Positions 8,575 through 17,718 of a DNA stretch of 64,000 nucleotides are shown piece by piece. Source of the stretch: an uncultured bacterium (GTDB lineage: Bacteria; Desulfobacterota; Deferrimicrobia; Deferrimicrobiales; Deferrimicrobiaceae); assembly GCA_964612075.1 (NCBI GenBank), contig CAZTFC010000003.1, forward strand, positions 734-64,733, written 5' to 3'. Position numbers and translations under genes: made by a program. The number at the start of each line of letters is the position of its first letter. The first letter of the stretch is position 1. Under the pieces are notes generated by a model. It ran no database searches, was not told the DNA's origin, and was given only the letters and a program-made list of their open reading frames with translations.

Positions 8575-9699
8575 ATGCAGGGAAACGACGGAAGGGAAGC
8601 CCTGGTGTCGGTGATCCTTCCCACCTACAAGGAAGGGAAGAACCTCGAAGAGATGGCGACGAGGATCTTCCGGTCCCTTGGAGCGGAAGGGCTGAAAGGG
8701 GAGTGCATCGTCGTGGACGACGACTCCGGCGACGACACCGGGTCGGTCTGCGAAAAGCTGGCGCGGGCGCACGACCTGCGGCTGATCGTGAGGAAAGGGG
8801 AGCGGGGGCTGTCGACCGCCGTGATCCGGGGCCTTTCGGAGGCGCGGGGCGATTTCCTCGTCGTGATGGACGCCGACCTGTCCCATCCTCCGGAAAAGAT
8901 CCCCGAAATGGTCCGGCTGGCCGCAAAAGGCGCGGATTTCGTCCTCGGATCGCGCTACGTCGACGGCGGCGAGATCGAGGAGAACTGGGGCTGCTACCGG
9001 AAATTGAACTCGCGGGTCGCGACGCTGCTCGCCTGCTTCCTGACGACGCTCAAGGACCCGATGTCCGGTTTCTTCTGCGTTCCGAAAAGGATATTCGCGG
9101 CCTGCAGGGAGCTATCGCCGCTGGGCTACAAGATCGCGCTTGAGATCCTCGTCAAGTCGGGCGCCAGCAACGTGGTCGAGGTTCCGATCTTCTTCAGCCG
9201 GCGCAAGCACGGCGAAAGCAAGATGAACCTTAGAGAACAGCTCCTGTATATCCGTCACCTGTTCCGCCTGTATCGGTTCCGGTACCCGGCGATCGTGCAG
9301 CTCATGCTGTTCCTCCTGGTCGGGTTTTCGGGGTTCCTCGTCGACACGTTCTTCTATTTTTCGCTCCAGCTTTCCCTGGGCGTCTCCCACCTGGCGGCGA
9401 GGGCGGCCTCCTTCGTCCTGGCCGCGAGCTGGAACTGGTACTGCAACCGGAAGATCACGTTCCTGCAGGCGGGCCGATCGGACGGCCTCGCCCAATGGAC
9501 GAAGTTCCTGGTCATGTCCTCCATCAGCTTCGTGCTGAACTGGGGATCCTACTGTTTCCTCACCACCGCCGTCCCGTTTTTCGCGGAGCACAGGTATCCC
9601 GCCTTCATCGCGGGGATCCTGGTCGGGACCGTGTCGAACTTCACCTTCTCCAAGTACATCGTTTTCAAGGAGCCCGTGGGAGCCGGCTTGCCGCGATGA
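8575..9699 (+). CDS. GT2 polyprenol-phosphate glycosyltransferase (DPM1-like) fused to GtrA-family flippase
   Basis: VSVILPTYKE, VVDDDSGD, VMDADLSHPPE, DPMSGFF; C-terminal 4-TM GtrA-like region (FLLVGFSGFLVD, WNWYCNRKITF, NFTFSKYIVF). Confidence 0.9.
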   Translation: MQGNDGREALVSVILPTYKEGKNLEEMATRIFRSLGAEGLKGECIVVDDDSGDDTGSVCEKLARAHDLRLIVRKGERGLSTAVIRGLSEARGDFLVVMDADLSHPPEKIPEMVRLAAKGADFVLGSRYVDGGEIEENWGCYRKLNSRVATLLACFLTTLKDPMSGFFCVPKRIFAACRELSPLGYKIALEILVKSGASNVVEVPIFFSRRKHGESKMNLREQLLYIRHLFRLYRFRYPAIVQLMLFLLVGFSGFLVDTFFYFSLQLSLGVSHLAARAASFVLAASWNWYCNRKITFLQAGRSDGLAQWTKFLVMSSISFVLNWGSYCFLTTAVPFFAEHRYPAFIAGILVGTVSNFTFSKYIVFKEPVGAGLPR

Positions 9700-11165
9700 G
9701 GGACAACCCGGTGTCGCTTTACCCCAGGATGTCGCTGGTCGCCGTGACCCTGCTGGCGTCGTGCCTGTCGTTCCTGCGCATCGGCGGCGACAGCGTGTGG
9801 TTCGACGAGGCGAACAGCATCTATTTCGCCAAGCTTCCCTGGAGCGAATTCGTCCGGGTGGTGACGACGTACGAAGCCAACCAGGGGATTTATTATCTTC
9901 TGCTGCGGTTCTGGCTCCATCTCGGCGATTCCGAGCCTGTCGCCAGGGCGTTGTCGGCCCTGTTCGCCGTCGGCGCCGTCCCCGTCCTTTACCTGGCCTC
10001 CGAAAGGCTGTTCGGGTCGAGGAACGGCCTGGTCGCGGCGCTGCTGCTGTCGCTGAACGCCTTCTTCCTCCATTTCGCGCAGGAGGCGAGGGGGTACAGC
10101 ATGCTGCTGTTCTGCTCCGTCCTGGCCACGTACCTGTTCATCCGGCTGGTGGAGAACCCTTCGGACAACAGGATCCGGTGCGCGTATGTCCTCGTCGGGG
10201 CCCTGTCGGTCTACGTCCATTTTTTCGCGGCGCTCGTCCTCCTGGCGCATTTCTGCACCCTTCCGTTCCTCCCAGCGGACGGCGTCCGCTTTAAAAAGAT
10301 CCTCGCCGCGCATTTCGCCGTCGGGCTGCTCGTCCTGCCGATCGTGTATTTCATCCTGACGAAGGACCTCGGCCAGATCGACTGGATCCGGAAGCCGTCG
10401 CTGGGCGCGCTGAAAGGGCTGTTCCGGGAGCTCTCCGGGAACACGGCGCACAAAGGGTACAACGAGGAGCTGTATCTCGCCGCGGGGTGCGTCACGGCGT
10501 TGTGCGCGGCGGCATCCCTGTTCCGGTGCGGGCGGTCCGTCGAAGCCTGGCGATACGCGCTGATGTTTTCCGTTGCCGGCGTCCCGCTGCTGGTCACTCT
10601 CGCCGTTTCCGTCCACAAGCCGATCTTCCAGGAAAAATACCTCATCGTCATGCTGCCGGGGCTGGTGATGATCGCGGCGACGGGCGTTTCCTCCGCGAGG
10701 AACCGGCTCCTCTTCGCAGCGGTCCTGTGCCTGTTCGCCGCTTCCTCGACGTTCGCCGTGTTCAAGGGGTATTACCCGAAGTCGAAGGAAAACTACCGGG
10801 ACTCGGTTTCCTACATCGTTTCCGCCTCCCGGCACGGCGACGGGATCATCGTCCACGACCAGGACACGATCCTCCCGGTCGGATACTACCTGGATCGGCA
10901 GTCCCCGGGCGGGGTCGGGCTCGACTTCGTCTACCCGGAGCCGTTGAGCCGGTACGATTATCTGAAGACGTATCCGACGCTCACGGAAACCGCCGCCGCC
11001 GGGTTGAAGGAAAAATACGGACGGATATGGGTGTTCCTGCGGAATTACCGGGGAGGGGAGATCGACCCGGACACCGCCCGGGTGGTTTCGGCGTTGAGCG
11101 GCAGCTACCCGCGGATGGACCGAAGGGATTTCGGCAACCTCGTCGTGTGGCGATTCGCGGAATGA
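9696..11165 (+). CDS. GT-C fold membrane glycosyltransferase (GT39/PMT_2/ArnT-like)
   Basis: ATGA overlap; SVWFDEANS, YYLLLRFW, ARALSALF, AQEARGYSM motifs; multiple TMs. Confidence 0.88.
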   Translation: MRDNPVSLYPRMSLVAVTLLASCLSFLRIGGDSVWFDEANSIYFAKLPWSEFVRVVTTYEANQGIYYLLLRFWLHLGDSEPVARALSALFAVGAVPVLYLASERLFGSRNGLVAALLLSLNAFFLHFAQEARGYSMLLFCSVLATYLFIRLVENPSDNRIRCAYVLVGALSVYVHFFAALVLLAHFCTLPFLPADGVRFKKILAAHFAVGLLVLPIVYFILTKDLGQIDWIRKPSLGALKGLFRELSGNTAHKGYNEELYLAAGCVTALCAAASLFRCGRSVEAWRYALMFSVAGVPLLVTLAVSVHKPIFQEKYLIVMLPGLVMIAATGVSSARNRLLFAAVLCLFAASSTFAVFKGYYPKSKENYRDSVSYIVSASRHGDGIIVHDQDTILPVGYYLDRQSPGGVGLDFVYPEPLSRYDYLKTYPTLTETAAAGLKEKYGRIWVFLRNYRGGEIDPDTARVVSALSGSYPRMDRRDFGNLVVWRFAE

Positions 11166-11283
11166 CCTTCCGGATGCCCGCCTGCCCAGGTCCCCGAACG
11201 CGCATGGTATATTTGATTGAAGGATATTCAATCGCGTTTCGGCATGCCGTCAACGCAACCCTTTTTATCCTGGTAGAGGCCCC

Positions 11284-14200
11284 ATGGCAAGGATCTCATC
11301 GACGGCCCCCTTCATGACCCTGGACGAAGCGGGGGAGGTCACGGGGATCAACGAGGCCTTCGAGCGGCTCCTCGGGTACGCGCAGGCCGATCTCGTTGGG
11401 CGCTCCCGCCTGCCGTTCCTTTCCCGGGGCCACGAGGAAACCCTCCGGGGCATGGTCCTGCAGGCGTTCCGGGGGGATATCCCGGAACCGCTCGATCTTC
11501 CCGCCACCTGCTCCGACGGCGCGGTGAAAGATATCCGCTGGAACGTCGCGCTCGTCCGGGACGAGGGCGAACCGGCTCGATGCGCGGTCGCGGTCTTCGG
11601 GAGCGAGACCGGCACCCGCCGCAGGAAGCGGGAGGGAGCCGCCCTCGGGGAGATCGAGGACCGGTACCGGGTCATTTTCGAGAATTCCGGGGTCGGCCTG
11701 ATGTTCACCGACGAGAAGACGGCGATCGTCCTCGTGAACCGGGAGTTCGAGAAGGCGACCGGCTATTCCAAGGAAGAGACGGAAGGAAGGATGAGCTGGA
11801 CGGCGCTGGTCGCCCGCGAGGACGACCTCGAGCGCATGAAGTCGTACAACCGGCTCCGCAGGATCGACCCGGAGTTCGCGCCGGCGGCGTACACCACGAA
11901 GATCCGGACCAAGGGCGGCGATATTCGGGACATGCTGCTCCGCGTGACGATGATCCCCGGGACCAAAAACAGCCTGGTCTCCTTCGTGGACATGACGGAG
12001 AGGAGGCTGGCGGAGGAAGCCATCCGCGAGCGCGAGGAGAAGTACCGTGCGCTCGTGGACAACATGCAGGACGTCCTATACCGCACCGACCTCGACGGGA
12101 ACCTCGTTTTCGTAAGCCCGTCGGCCGCCGCCGTGTTCGGTTACGGCTCCCCGGAGGAGATGATCGGGGTGAACGTCTCCACGGAGTTCTATTTCGAATC
12201 CGGGGGGAGGGAACCGCTGCTGGAGCGGCTGATGCGGGAAGGGAAGGTGACGAACTACGAGGAGACGCTGAAGCGCAGGGACGGAACCCCGGTGGAAGTC
12301 CAGATCAACAGCCACCTGTATTACGACAGGGACGGGAACGTCTCGGGGGTGGAGGGGATCCTGCGCGACGTCACCGAGAGGAAGCGGTCGGAGAAGCTGC
12401 TCCGGGAAAACGAGGAGCGGCTGCGCGGCATCACCAGGAACATCCCGGGCACCATCTTCCAGTTCTACGTCAGGGACACGGGCGAGTACGCCATGAGCTA
12501 CGTCAGCGAGCGGCTGACGGAGCTGCTCGGCGTCGAGGCCGAGATGGAAGCATTGTTCCCGACCTTCCTCTCCCTCATCCACAAGGAGGACAGGGAGCGG
12601 CTGCTCGCCTCCATCCGGAAGGCGGTGGAGTCGGCGGGACCCTGGAAATTCGAAGGGCGCCTCGGCCTGCCTTCGGGCAGGGAGATGTGGTTCGAGGGCT
12701 TCGCCACGCCGCGGAAGCACGGGGACCGATTGGTCTACGACGGCATCCTGCTCGACATCACGGCGCGCAAGCGGGCGGAGGAGGCGCTGGAGAAGCGCAT
12801 GGTCGCCCTGACCCGCCCCCTGGACGACACCCAGGACATCGCCTTCGAGGAGCTTTTCAACATCGAGGACATCCAGCGCCTGCAGGACGACTTCGCGCGG
12901 GCCACCGGCGTCGCGTCCATCATCACGCACACCGACGGGACCCCGATCACCGTGCCGAGCTGCTTCTCCCGGCTCTGCATCGGCATCATCCGGAAGACCG
13001 AAAAGGGGCGGGCCAACTGCTACAAGTCGGACGCCGCACTGGGCCGCCTTTCCAGGGAAGGGCCGACCGTTCGGCAGTGCATGAGCGGGGGGCTGTGGGA
13101 CGCGGGCGCCGGGATCTCCGTCGGCGGACGGCACATCGCCAACTGGCTGATCGGCCAGGTGCGCGACGAGACACAGACCGAGGAGAAGATGCGCGAATAC
13201 GCCCGGGAGATCGGGGTCGACGAGGAGGAGTTCCTCCGGGCGTTCCGGGAGGTGCCCGCCATGTCGCGCGAGCGGTTCGACCGGGTCGCGCGGGCCCTGT
13301 TCACGCTGGCGAACCAGCTCTCCACGCTGGCGTACCAGAACGTCCAGCAGGCGCGCTTCATCACGGAGCGCAGGAAGGCGGAGGAGGAGCGCCGCAAGCT
13401 CGAGGAGCGGCTGTTCCTCTCCGAGAAGATGAAGGCGATCGGCCAGCTCGCCGGCGGCGTCGCGCACGATTTCAACAACCTCCTGATGGGCATCCTCGGG
13501 AACGCCTCCCTGGTGCAGATGGAGTTCGATCCCTCGCACCCGAGCTACCAGCGGCTATCGCAGATCGAGGAGCACGTGAAGCGCGGCGCCAACCTGACGA
13601 GGCAGCTCCTCGGGTTCGCGCGGGGCGGGAAATACGAGGTCCGGGCCCTGTCCGTGAACGACCTGGTCCGCAGGAGCGCGCAGCTGTTCCTCGAAACGCG
13701 GAAGGGGATCGAGGCCGCGTTCCTGCTTCGGGACGACGTCCGCCCGGTGGAGGCGGACGCCGGGCAGATCGAGCAGGTGCTCCTCAACATCTTCATCAAC
13801 GCCGGCCACGCCATGCCCGGGGGCGGCTCCCTCGACATCCGGACGTCCAACGTGACGCTGTCGGAATCCGACGCCAGGGCCTTCGAGACGAAACCCGGGG
13901 AATACGTCAAGATCTCCGTCACGGACACGGGTACGGGGATGGACCGGGAGACCCTCTCGCGGATCTTCGACCCCTTCTTCACGACGAAATCGGAGCAGGG
14001 GGGGACCGGCCTCGGCCTGGCCTCGGCCTACGGGATCGTCCGGAACCACGGGGGAGCCATCAACGCGCACAGCGAGCCGGGGCGCGGCTCCACCTTCAAC
14101 ATCTATCTCCCGGCCTCCGGGAAGGCGCTCGAGAAGGAGACCGCCGCGAAGCCGGGGGACGAGCTTCTCCGCGGCAGCGGGAGGATCCTGCTGGTGGACG

Positions 14201-14556
14201 ACGAGCCGATGATCCTCGATTCCGCCGCCGGTCTGCTGGAGTCGCTCGGCTATACCGTGTACCGGGCCTCGACGGGCCAGGAAGCGGCAGCGACCTACCG
14301 CGAGAAGCGGGAAGGAATCGACCTGGTCATCCTCGACATGATCCTGCCCGGGATGGGCGGCTCGGAGGTGCTGCGGGCGCTCAAGGAGATCGATCCCGGC
14401 GTCCGGGTCGTACTCTCCAGCGGCTACGGCCTGCAGGACGACGTTCGGAGCGTCATGGAGGCGGGGTGCTGCGCCTTCGTGCAGAAGCCGTACAAGTTCG
14501 CGGACCTCTCCAGGATCATTCGCCAGGTCATCTCCCGCCCCCGGGATCCCCGTTAA
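11284..14556 (+). CDS. Hybrid sensor histidine kinase (multiple PAS, PocR, HisKA, HATPase, REC)
   Basis: PAS repeats; PocR-like IQRLQDDFARATGVASII...CMSGGLWDAG; H-box AGGVAHDFNNLL; G-box GTGLGL; REC ILDMILPGM. Confidence 0.93.
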   Translation: MARISSTAPFMTLDEAGEVTGINEAFERLLGYAQADLVGRSRLPFLSRGHEETLRGMVLQAFRGDIPEPLDLPATCSDGAVKDIRWNVALVRDEGEPARCAVAVFGSETGTRRRKREGAALGEIEDRYRVIFENSGVGLMFTDEKTAIVLVNREFEKATGYSKEETEGRMSWTALVAREDDLERMKSYNRLRRIDPEFAPAAYTTKIRTKGGDIRDMLLRVTMIPGTKNSLVSFVDMTERRLAEEAIREREEKYRALVDNMQDVLYRTDLDGNLVFVSPSAAAVFGYGSPEEMIGVNVSTEFYFESGGREPLLERLMREGKVTNYEETLKRRDGTPVEVQINSHLYYDRDGNVSGVEGILRDVTERKRSEKLLRENEERLRGITRNIPGTIFQFYVRDTGEYAMSYVSERLTELLGVEAEMEALFPTFLSLIHKEDRERLLASIRKAVESAGPWKFEGRLGLPSGREMWFEGFATPRKHGDRLVYDGILLDITARKRAEEALEKRMVALTRPLDDTQDIAFEELFNIEDIQRLQDDFARATGVASIITHTDGTPITVPSCFSRLCIGIIRKTEKGRANCYKSDAALGRLSREGPTVRQCMSGGLWDAGAGISVGGRHIANWLIGQVRDETQTEEKMREYAREIGVDEEEFLRAFREVPAMSRERFDRVARALFTLANQLSTLAYQNVQQARFITERRKAEEERRKLEERLFLSEKMKAIGQLAGGVAHDFNNLLMGILGNASLVQMEFDPSHPSYQRLSQIEEHVKRGANLTRQLLGFARGGKYEVRALSVNDLVRRSAQLFLETRKGIEAAFLLRDDVRPVEADAGQIEQVLLNIFINAGHAMPGGGSLDIRTSNVTLSESDARAFETKPGEYVKISVTDTGTGMDRETLSRIFDPFFTTKSEQGGTGLGLASAYGIVRNHGGAINAHSEPGRGSTFNIYLPASGKALEKETAAKPGDELLRGSGRILLVDDEPMILDSAAGLLESLGYTVYRASTGQEAAATYREKREGIDLVILDMILPGMGGSEVLRALKEIDPGVRVVLSSGYGLQDDVRSVMEAGCCAFVQKPYKFADLSRIIRQVISRPRDPR

Positions 14557-14581
14557 AGTTTTACCGGGGAACATCCGATAA
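14554..14581 (+). promoter_or_regulatory. Sigma28-like promoter overlapping the kinase stop codon
   Basis: TAAAGTTT-N12-TCCGATAA; spacer one base longer than canonical. Confidence 0.5.
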
Positions 14582-14602
14582 CGGATAAAGGGGGAGTGCG
14601 CG

Positions 14603-14971
14603 TTGGGTACGGACATGACGGGCGCAATCGAAGCCGGATCTCTCCGATCCGTCTGCCTGCATGGCATCCGGCAATATTCGTCTGCCCGTCCCTCCGCGTC
14701 GCCGGAATCGGATTCCGAGTGGAGATCGGGAATTTCCGATGCGGTCGACCTGTCGGACGGGTCCCGGCGCGCCGTCCTGGTATCGACTTCGCGCGAGATC
14801 GTCCCGTCGCATCGCCCCGGGCGGCCGGGACAGGTCGCGCAATCCGGGGTGCGGGAAGAGGCGGCCCTTGCGTTTCGCGGGAGCGCCGCCGATATTCCGT
14901 CCGTGCTTGCGAGATACCGGTCCCTCTCGGGCCCGGCGGATTCCGCCCCGCTGGTGGACCTGTTCGTCTGA
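14603..14971 (+). CDS. Small hypothetical protein (Ser/Pro-rich)
   Basis: TTG 14603 with RBS GGGGGAG 6 nt upstream (alternative ATG 14615); fills the gap between promoter and hldD; weak codon bias. Confidence 0.45.
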   Translation: MGTDMTGAIEAGSLRSVCLHGIRQYSSARPSASPESDSEWRSGISDAVDLSDGSRRAVLVSTSREIVPSHRPGRPGQVAQSGVREEAALAFRGSAADIPSVLARYRSLSGPADSAPLVDLFV

Positions 14972-14993
14972 GATCGGGTATCCTTATACCACT

Positions 14994-15962
14994 ATGGGAA
15001 AAACGTTCATCGTGACCGGCGGCGCCGGGTTCATCGGAAGCAACCTCGTCCACGCGCTCAACGAACGGGGGGAGACGGACATCCTCGTCGTCGACCACCT
15101 GAACCACCCCGACAAGCGGCGCAACCTGGAGCGGCTCCGGTTCCGGGATTTCGCCGACAAGGAGGAGTTCCGCAAAACCCTGCGCGAAAGCCGCCTTCCG
15201 GCCGCGGCGGGGGTGTTCCACCTGGGGGCCTGCAGCTCCACGACGGAGATGAACGAGGCCTACATCAACGACAACAACTACCTGTACACCCGCGAGCTGT
15301 GCGAATGGTCGCTGCGGACCGGGGCGCGGTTCGTCTACGCGTCGAGCGCGGCCACGTACGGCGACGGATCCCTCGGGTATTCCGATTCCGACGAGGCGAC
15401 GCCCGCCCTCAAGCCCCTGAACCCGTACGGCAGGAGCAAGCAGATGTTCGACCTGTGGGCGCTTTCGACGGGCGTTCTCCGCAGGATCGCGGGGCTCAAG
15501 TACTTCAACGTGTACGGCCCCTGGGAGGACCACAAGGGCGACATGCGCTCCCTGGTGCACAAAGCGTACGGGCAGGTGACGCGCGAGGGGAGGATCACGT
15601 TGTTCAAGTCGTACCGGCCCGAGTACCGCGACGGCGAGCAGGAGCGGGACTTCGTCCACGTCTCCGACGCCGTGGCCGCCACGCTGTTCTTCTTCGACCG
15701 CCCGGAGGCGTGCGGCCTGTTCAACTGCGGCACGGGGGAGGCGCGAACCTGGATCGACCTGGCGAACGCGGTGTTCGCGGCGGCGGGAGTTCCGCCGCGG
15801 ATCGAGTTCATCGAGATGCCGGAGGCGATCCGCGACAAGTACCAGTACCACACCTGCGCCGACCTGGCGAAGCTGCGGGCGGCGGGGTACACGGCGCCGT
15901 TCCTCTCCATAGAGGAAGGCGTCCGGCGCTACGTCCGGGAGTATCTTTCGAAGCCGGGATGA
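14994..15962 (+). CDS. hldD: ADP-L-glycero-D-manno-heptose 6-epimerase
   Basis: IVTGGAGFIGSN, VFHLGACSSTT, YASSAATYG, PLNPYGRSK, KYFNVYGP, RDFVHV, YQYHTCAD. Confidence 0.95.
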   Translation: MGKTFIVTGGAGFIGSNLVHALNERGETDILVVDHLNHPDKRRNLERLRFRDFADKEEFRKTLRESRLPAAAGVFHLGACSSTTEMNEAYINDNNYLYTRELCEWSLRTGARFVYASSAATYGDGSLGYSDSDEATPALKPLNPYGRSKQMFDLWALSTGVLRRIAGLKYFNVYGPWEDHKGDMRSLVHKAYGQVTREGRITLFKSYRPEYRDGEQERDFVHVSDAVAATLFFFDRPEACGLFNCGTGEARTWIDLANAVFAAAGVPPRIEFIEMPEAIRDKYQYHTCADLAKLRAAGYTAPFLSIEEGVRRYVREYLSKPG

Positions 15963-15996
15963 GGCGGAGCCATCGTTAGCCGCACCCCCTTCCCCT

Positions 15997-16025
15997 GGAA
16001 CTTTCCGGTAGCCTTTCCTGTCTAA
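15997..16025 (+). promoter_or_regulatory. SigmaE/AlgU-type ECF promoter
   Basis: GGAACTT-N16-GTCTAA ending 6 nt before the eptA ATG. Confidence 0.6.
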
Positions 16026-16031
16026 AGAATA

Positions 16032-17660
16032 ATGCGAAGAGTTCGGTCCGATGACCCGGAATACCCTTGCATAACCGCACCGTTCCTGGCGATCCTGATT
16101 GCCGTTTTTCTCGTGGTTTCGGGTAATTATGCGTTTTACCGCAGTCTGCTGGCCGTTTACCCCATGACTTGGAAAAGCGCTCCCTTCCTGGCCTCCGTTT
16201 CCTTCGTTCTGTTCTGTCTCACGGCCCTTTTCTTCCTGGCTTTCGGCTGGCGGCGCACACTGAAGCCATTGCTGGTCCTGGTGCTCCTGGTATCGTCGGC
16301 CACGAGTTATTTCATGAACACATACAACGTCGTGATCGACGTCCCGATGCTGAGAAACGTCCTCCAGACCGACCTGGCCGAAACGAGGGATCTGTTGAGC
16401 CCCCGCCTGGCGGGGTATCTCCTGTTCCTCGGGCTGCTTCCCGCGGCATGGGTGATGAGGGCCCGGGTGCGGCACCGCCCCTGGAAAATCGAGGCCCGTT
16501 CCAGGCTGAAATACGGCGCGGCCCTGCTTCTGGCCCTTCCGGCGGTCGCGATCGCCTTTTCCGGCAATTACTACTCCTTTGTCAGGGAACACAAGCTCGT
16601 GCGGTCGTACGCCAATCCGGCCGCGTGGATCTTCTCGACCGGCCGGCTCGCCTTCGGTTCGGGAAAAGCAGAGGCCAAGGCGGTGCGTCCGATCGGGGAG
16701 GACGCGGCGATACCGGCGACCGATACCGACAGGGAGTTGATCATCCTGGTGGTGGGCGAGGCGGTCCGGGCGGACAAGCTTTCGCTGAACGGGTACGCCA
16801 GGGAGACAAACCCGCTGCTCGCCCGCGAGGATGTCGTCAGCTTCACCAGATTCTATTCCTGCGGGACGTCGACGGCGTACTCCGTCCCCTGCATGTTCTC
16901 CGTATTCGGGAGGAGGGATTACAGCGAAGGGAAGGCCCGGGAAACGGAAAACCTGCTGGATGTTTTGAGGCACGCGGGCGTCAATGTCTTGTGGCGGGAC
17001 AACAACTCCTCCTCGAAAGGGGTCGCGGACCGGGTCGCCTACGAGGACTACAAGAGTCCGGAGAAAAACCCGCTATGCGATGCGGAATGCCGGGACGAAG
17101 GGATGCTCGAAGGGCTTCAGGATTACGTCGACCGTACGGAAGCCGGCGACATATTCATCGTCCTTCACCAGATGGGCAACCACGGCCCCGCCTATTACAA
17201 GAGATACCCGGAGAGATTCGAGAGGTTCGCTCCGGTCTGCCGCACGAACCAGCTGGAGCAGTGCACGGGCGAGGAGATCGAGAACGCCTACGCCAACGCC
17301 GTCCTGTACACGGATTATTTCCTGTCCCGGGTCATCGGCCTGCTGAAGCGGAACTCGAGGGATTTCCACACGGCGATGGTGTATGTCAGCGACCACGGCG
17401 AATCGCTCGGCGAGAACCGCATCTACCTGCACGGCCTCCCGTATATCATGGCCCCCGACGAGCAGAAGCACGTGCCGGCCGTCATGTGGTTCGGGGACTC
17501 CTTCGGGGTCGACCGGAAGGCGTTGATGGCGAAAGCGGGGCTGCCGTTTTCCCACGACAACCTGTTCCACACGGTCCTGGGGATGATGGAGATCCGGACG
17601 ACCGTCTACGACAGGAGCCTGGATATCCTGAACTTCGATCGGCGTTCGGCCGGAACGTGA
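16032..17660 (+). CDS. eptA: Lipid A phosphoethanolamine transferase (EptA-like)
   Basis: 5 N-terminal TMs; LVVGEAVRAD, SCGTSTAYSVPCMFS, WRDNNSSSKGV, LHQMGNHGPAYYKRYP, YVSDHGESLGE, SHDNLFHT. Confidence 0.93.
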   Translation: MRRVRSDDPEYPCITAPFLAILIAVFLVVSGNYAFYRSLLAVYPMTWKSAPFLASVSFVLFCLTALFFLAFGWRRTLKPLLVLVLLVSSATSYFMNTYNVVIDVPMLRNVLQTDLAETRDLLSPRLAGYLLFLGLLPAAWVMRARVRHRPWKIEARSRLKYGAALLLALPAVAIAFSGNYYSFVREHKLVRSYANPAAWIFSTGRLAFGSGKAEAKAVRPIGEDAAIPATDTDRELIILVVGEAVRADKLSLNGYARETNPLLAREDVVSFTRFYSCGTSTAYSVPCMFSVFGRRDYSEGKARETENLLDVLRHAGVNVLWRDNNSSSKGVADRVAYEDYKSPEKNPLCDAECRDEGMLEGLQDYVDRTEAGDIFIVLHQMGNHGPAYYKRYPERFERFAPVCRTNQLEQCTGEEIENAYANAVLYTDYFLSRVIGLLKRNSRDFHTAMVYVSDHGESLGENRIYLHGLPYIMAPDEQKHVPAVMWFGDSFGVDRKALMAKAGLPFSHDNLFHTVLGMMEIRTTVYDRSLDILNFDRRSAGT

Positions 17661-17670
17661 CGGGAAGGCG

Positions 17671-17699
17671 GGGCGGGGGGCGTTCGCGGCCCCCCGCCC
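17671..17699. terminator. GC-rich hairpin between convergent genes
   Basis: GGGCGGGGGGC-N7-GCCCCCCGCCC, 11-bp stem; no clear U-tract. Confidence 0.55.
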
Positions 17700-17718
17700 G
17701 CCGTCTGTCGGGGGAGGA

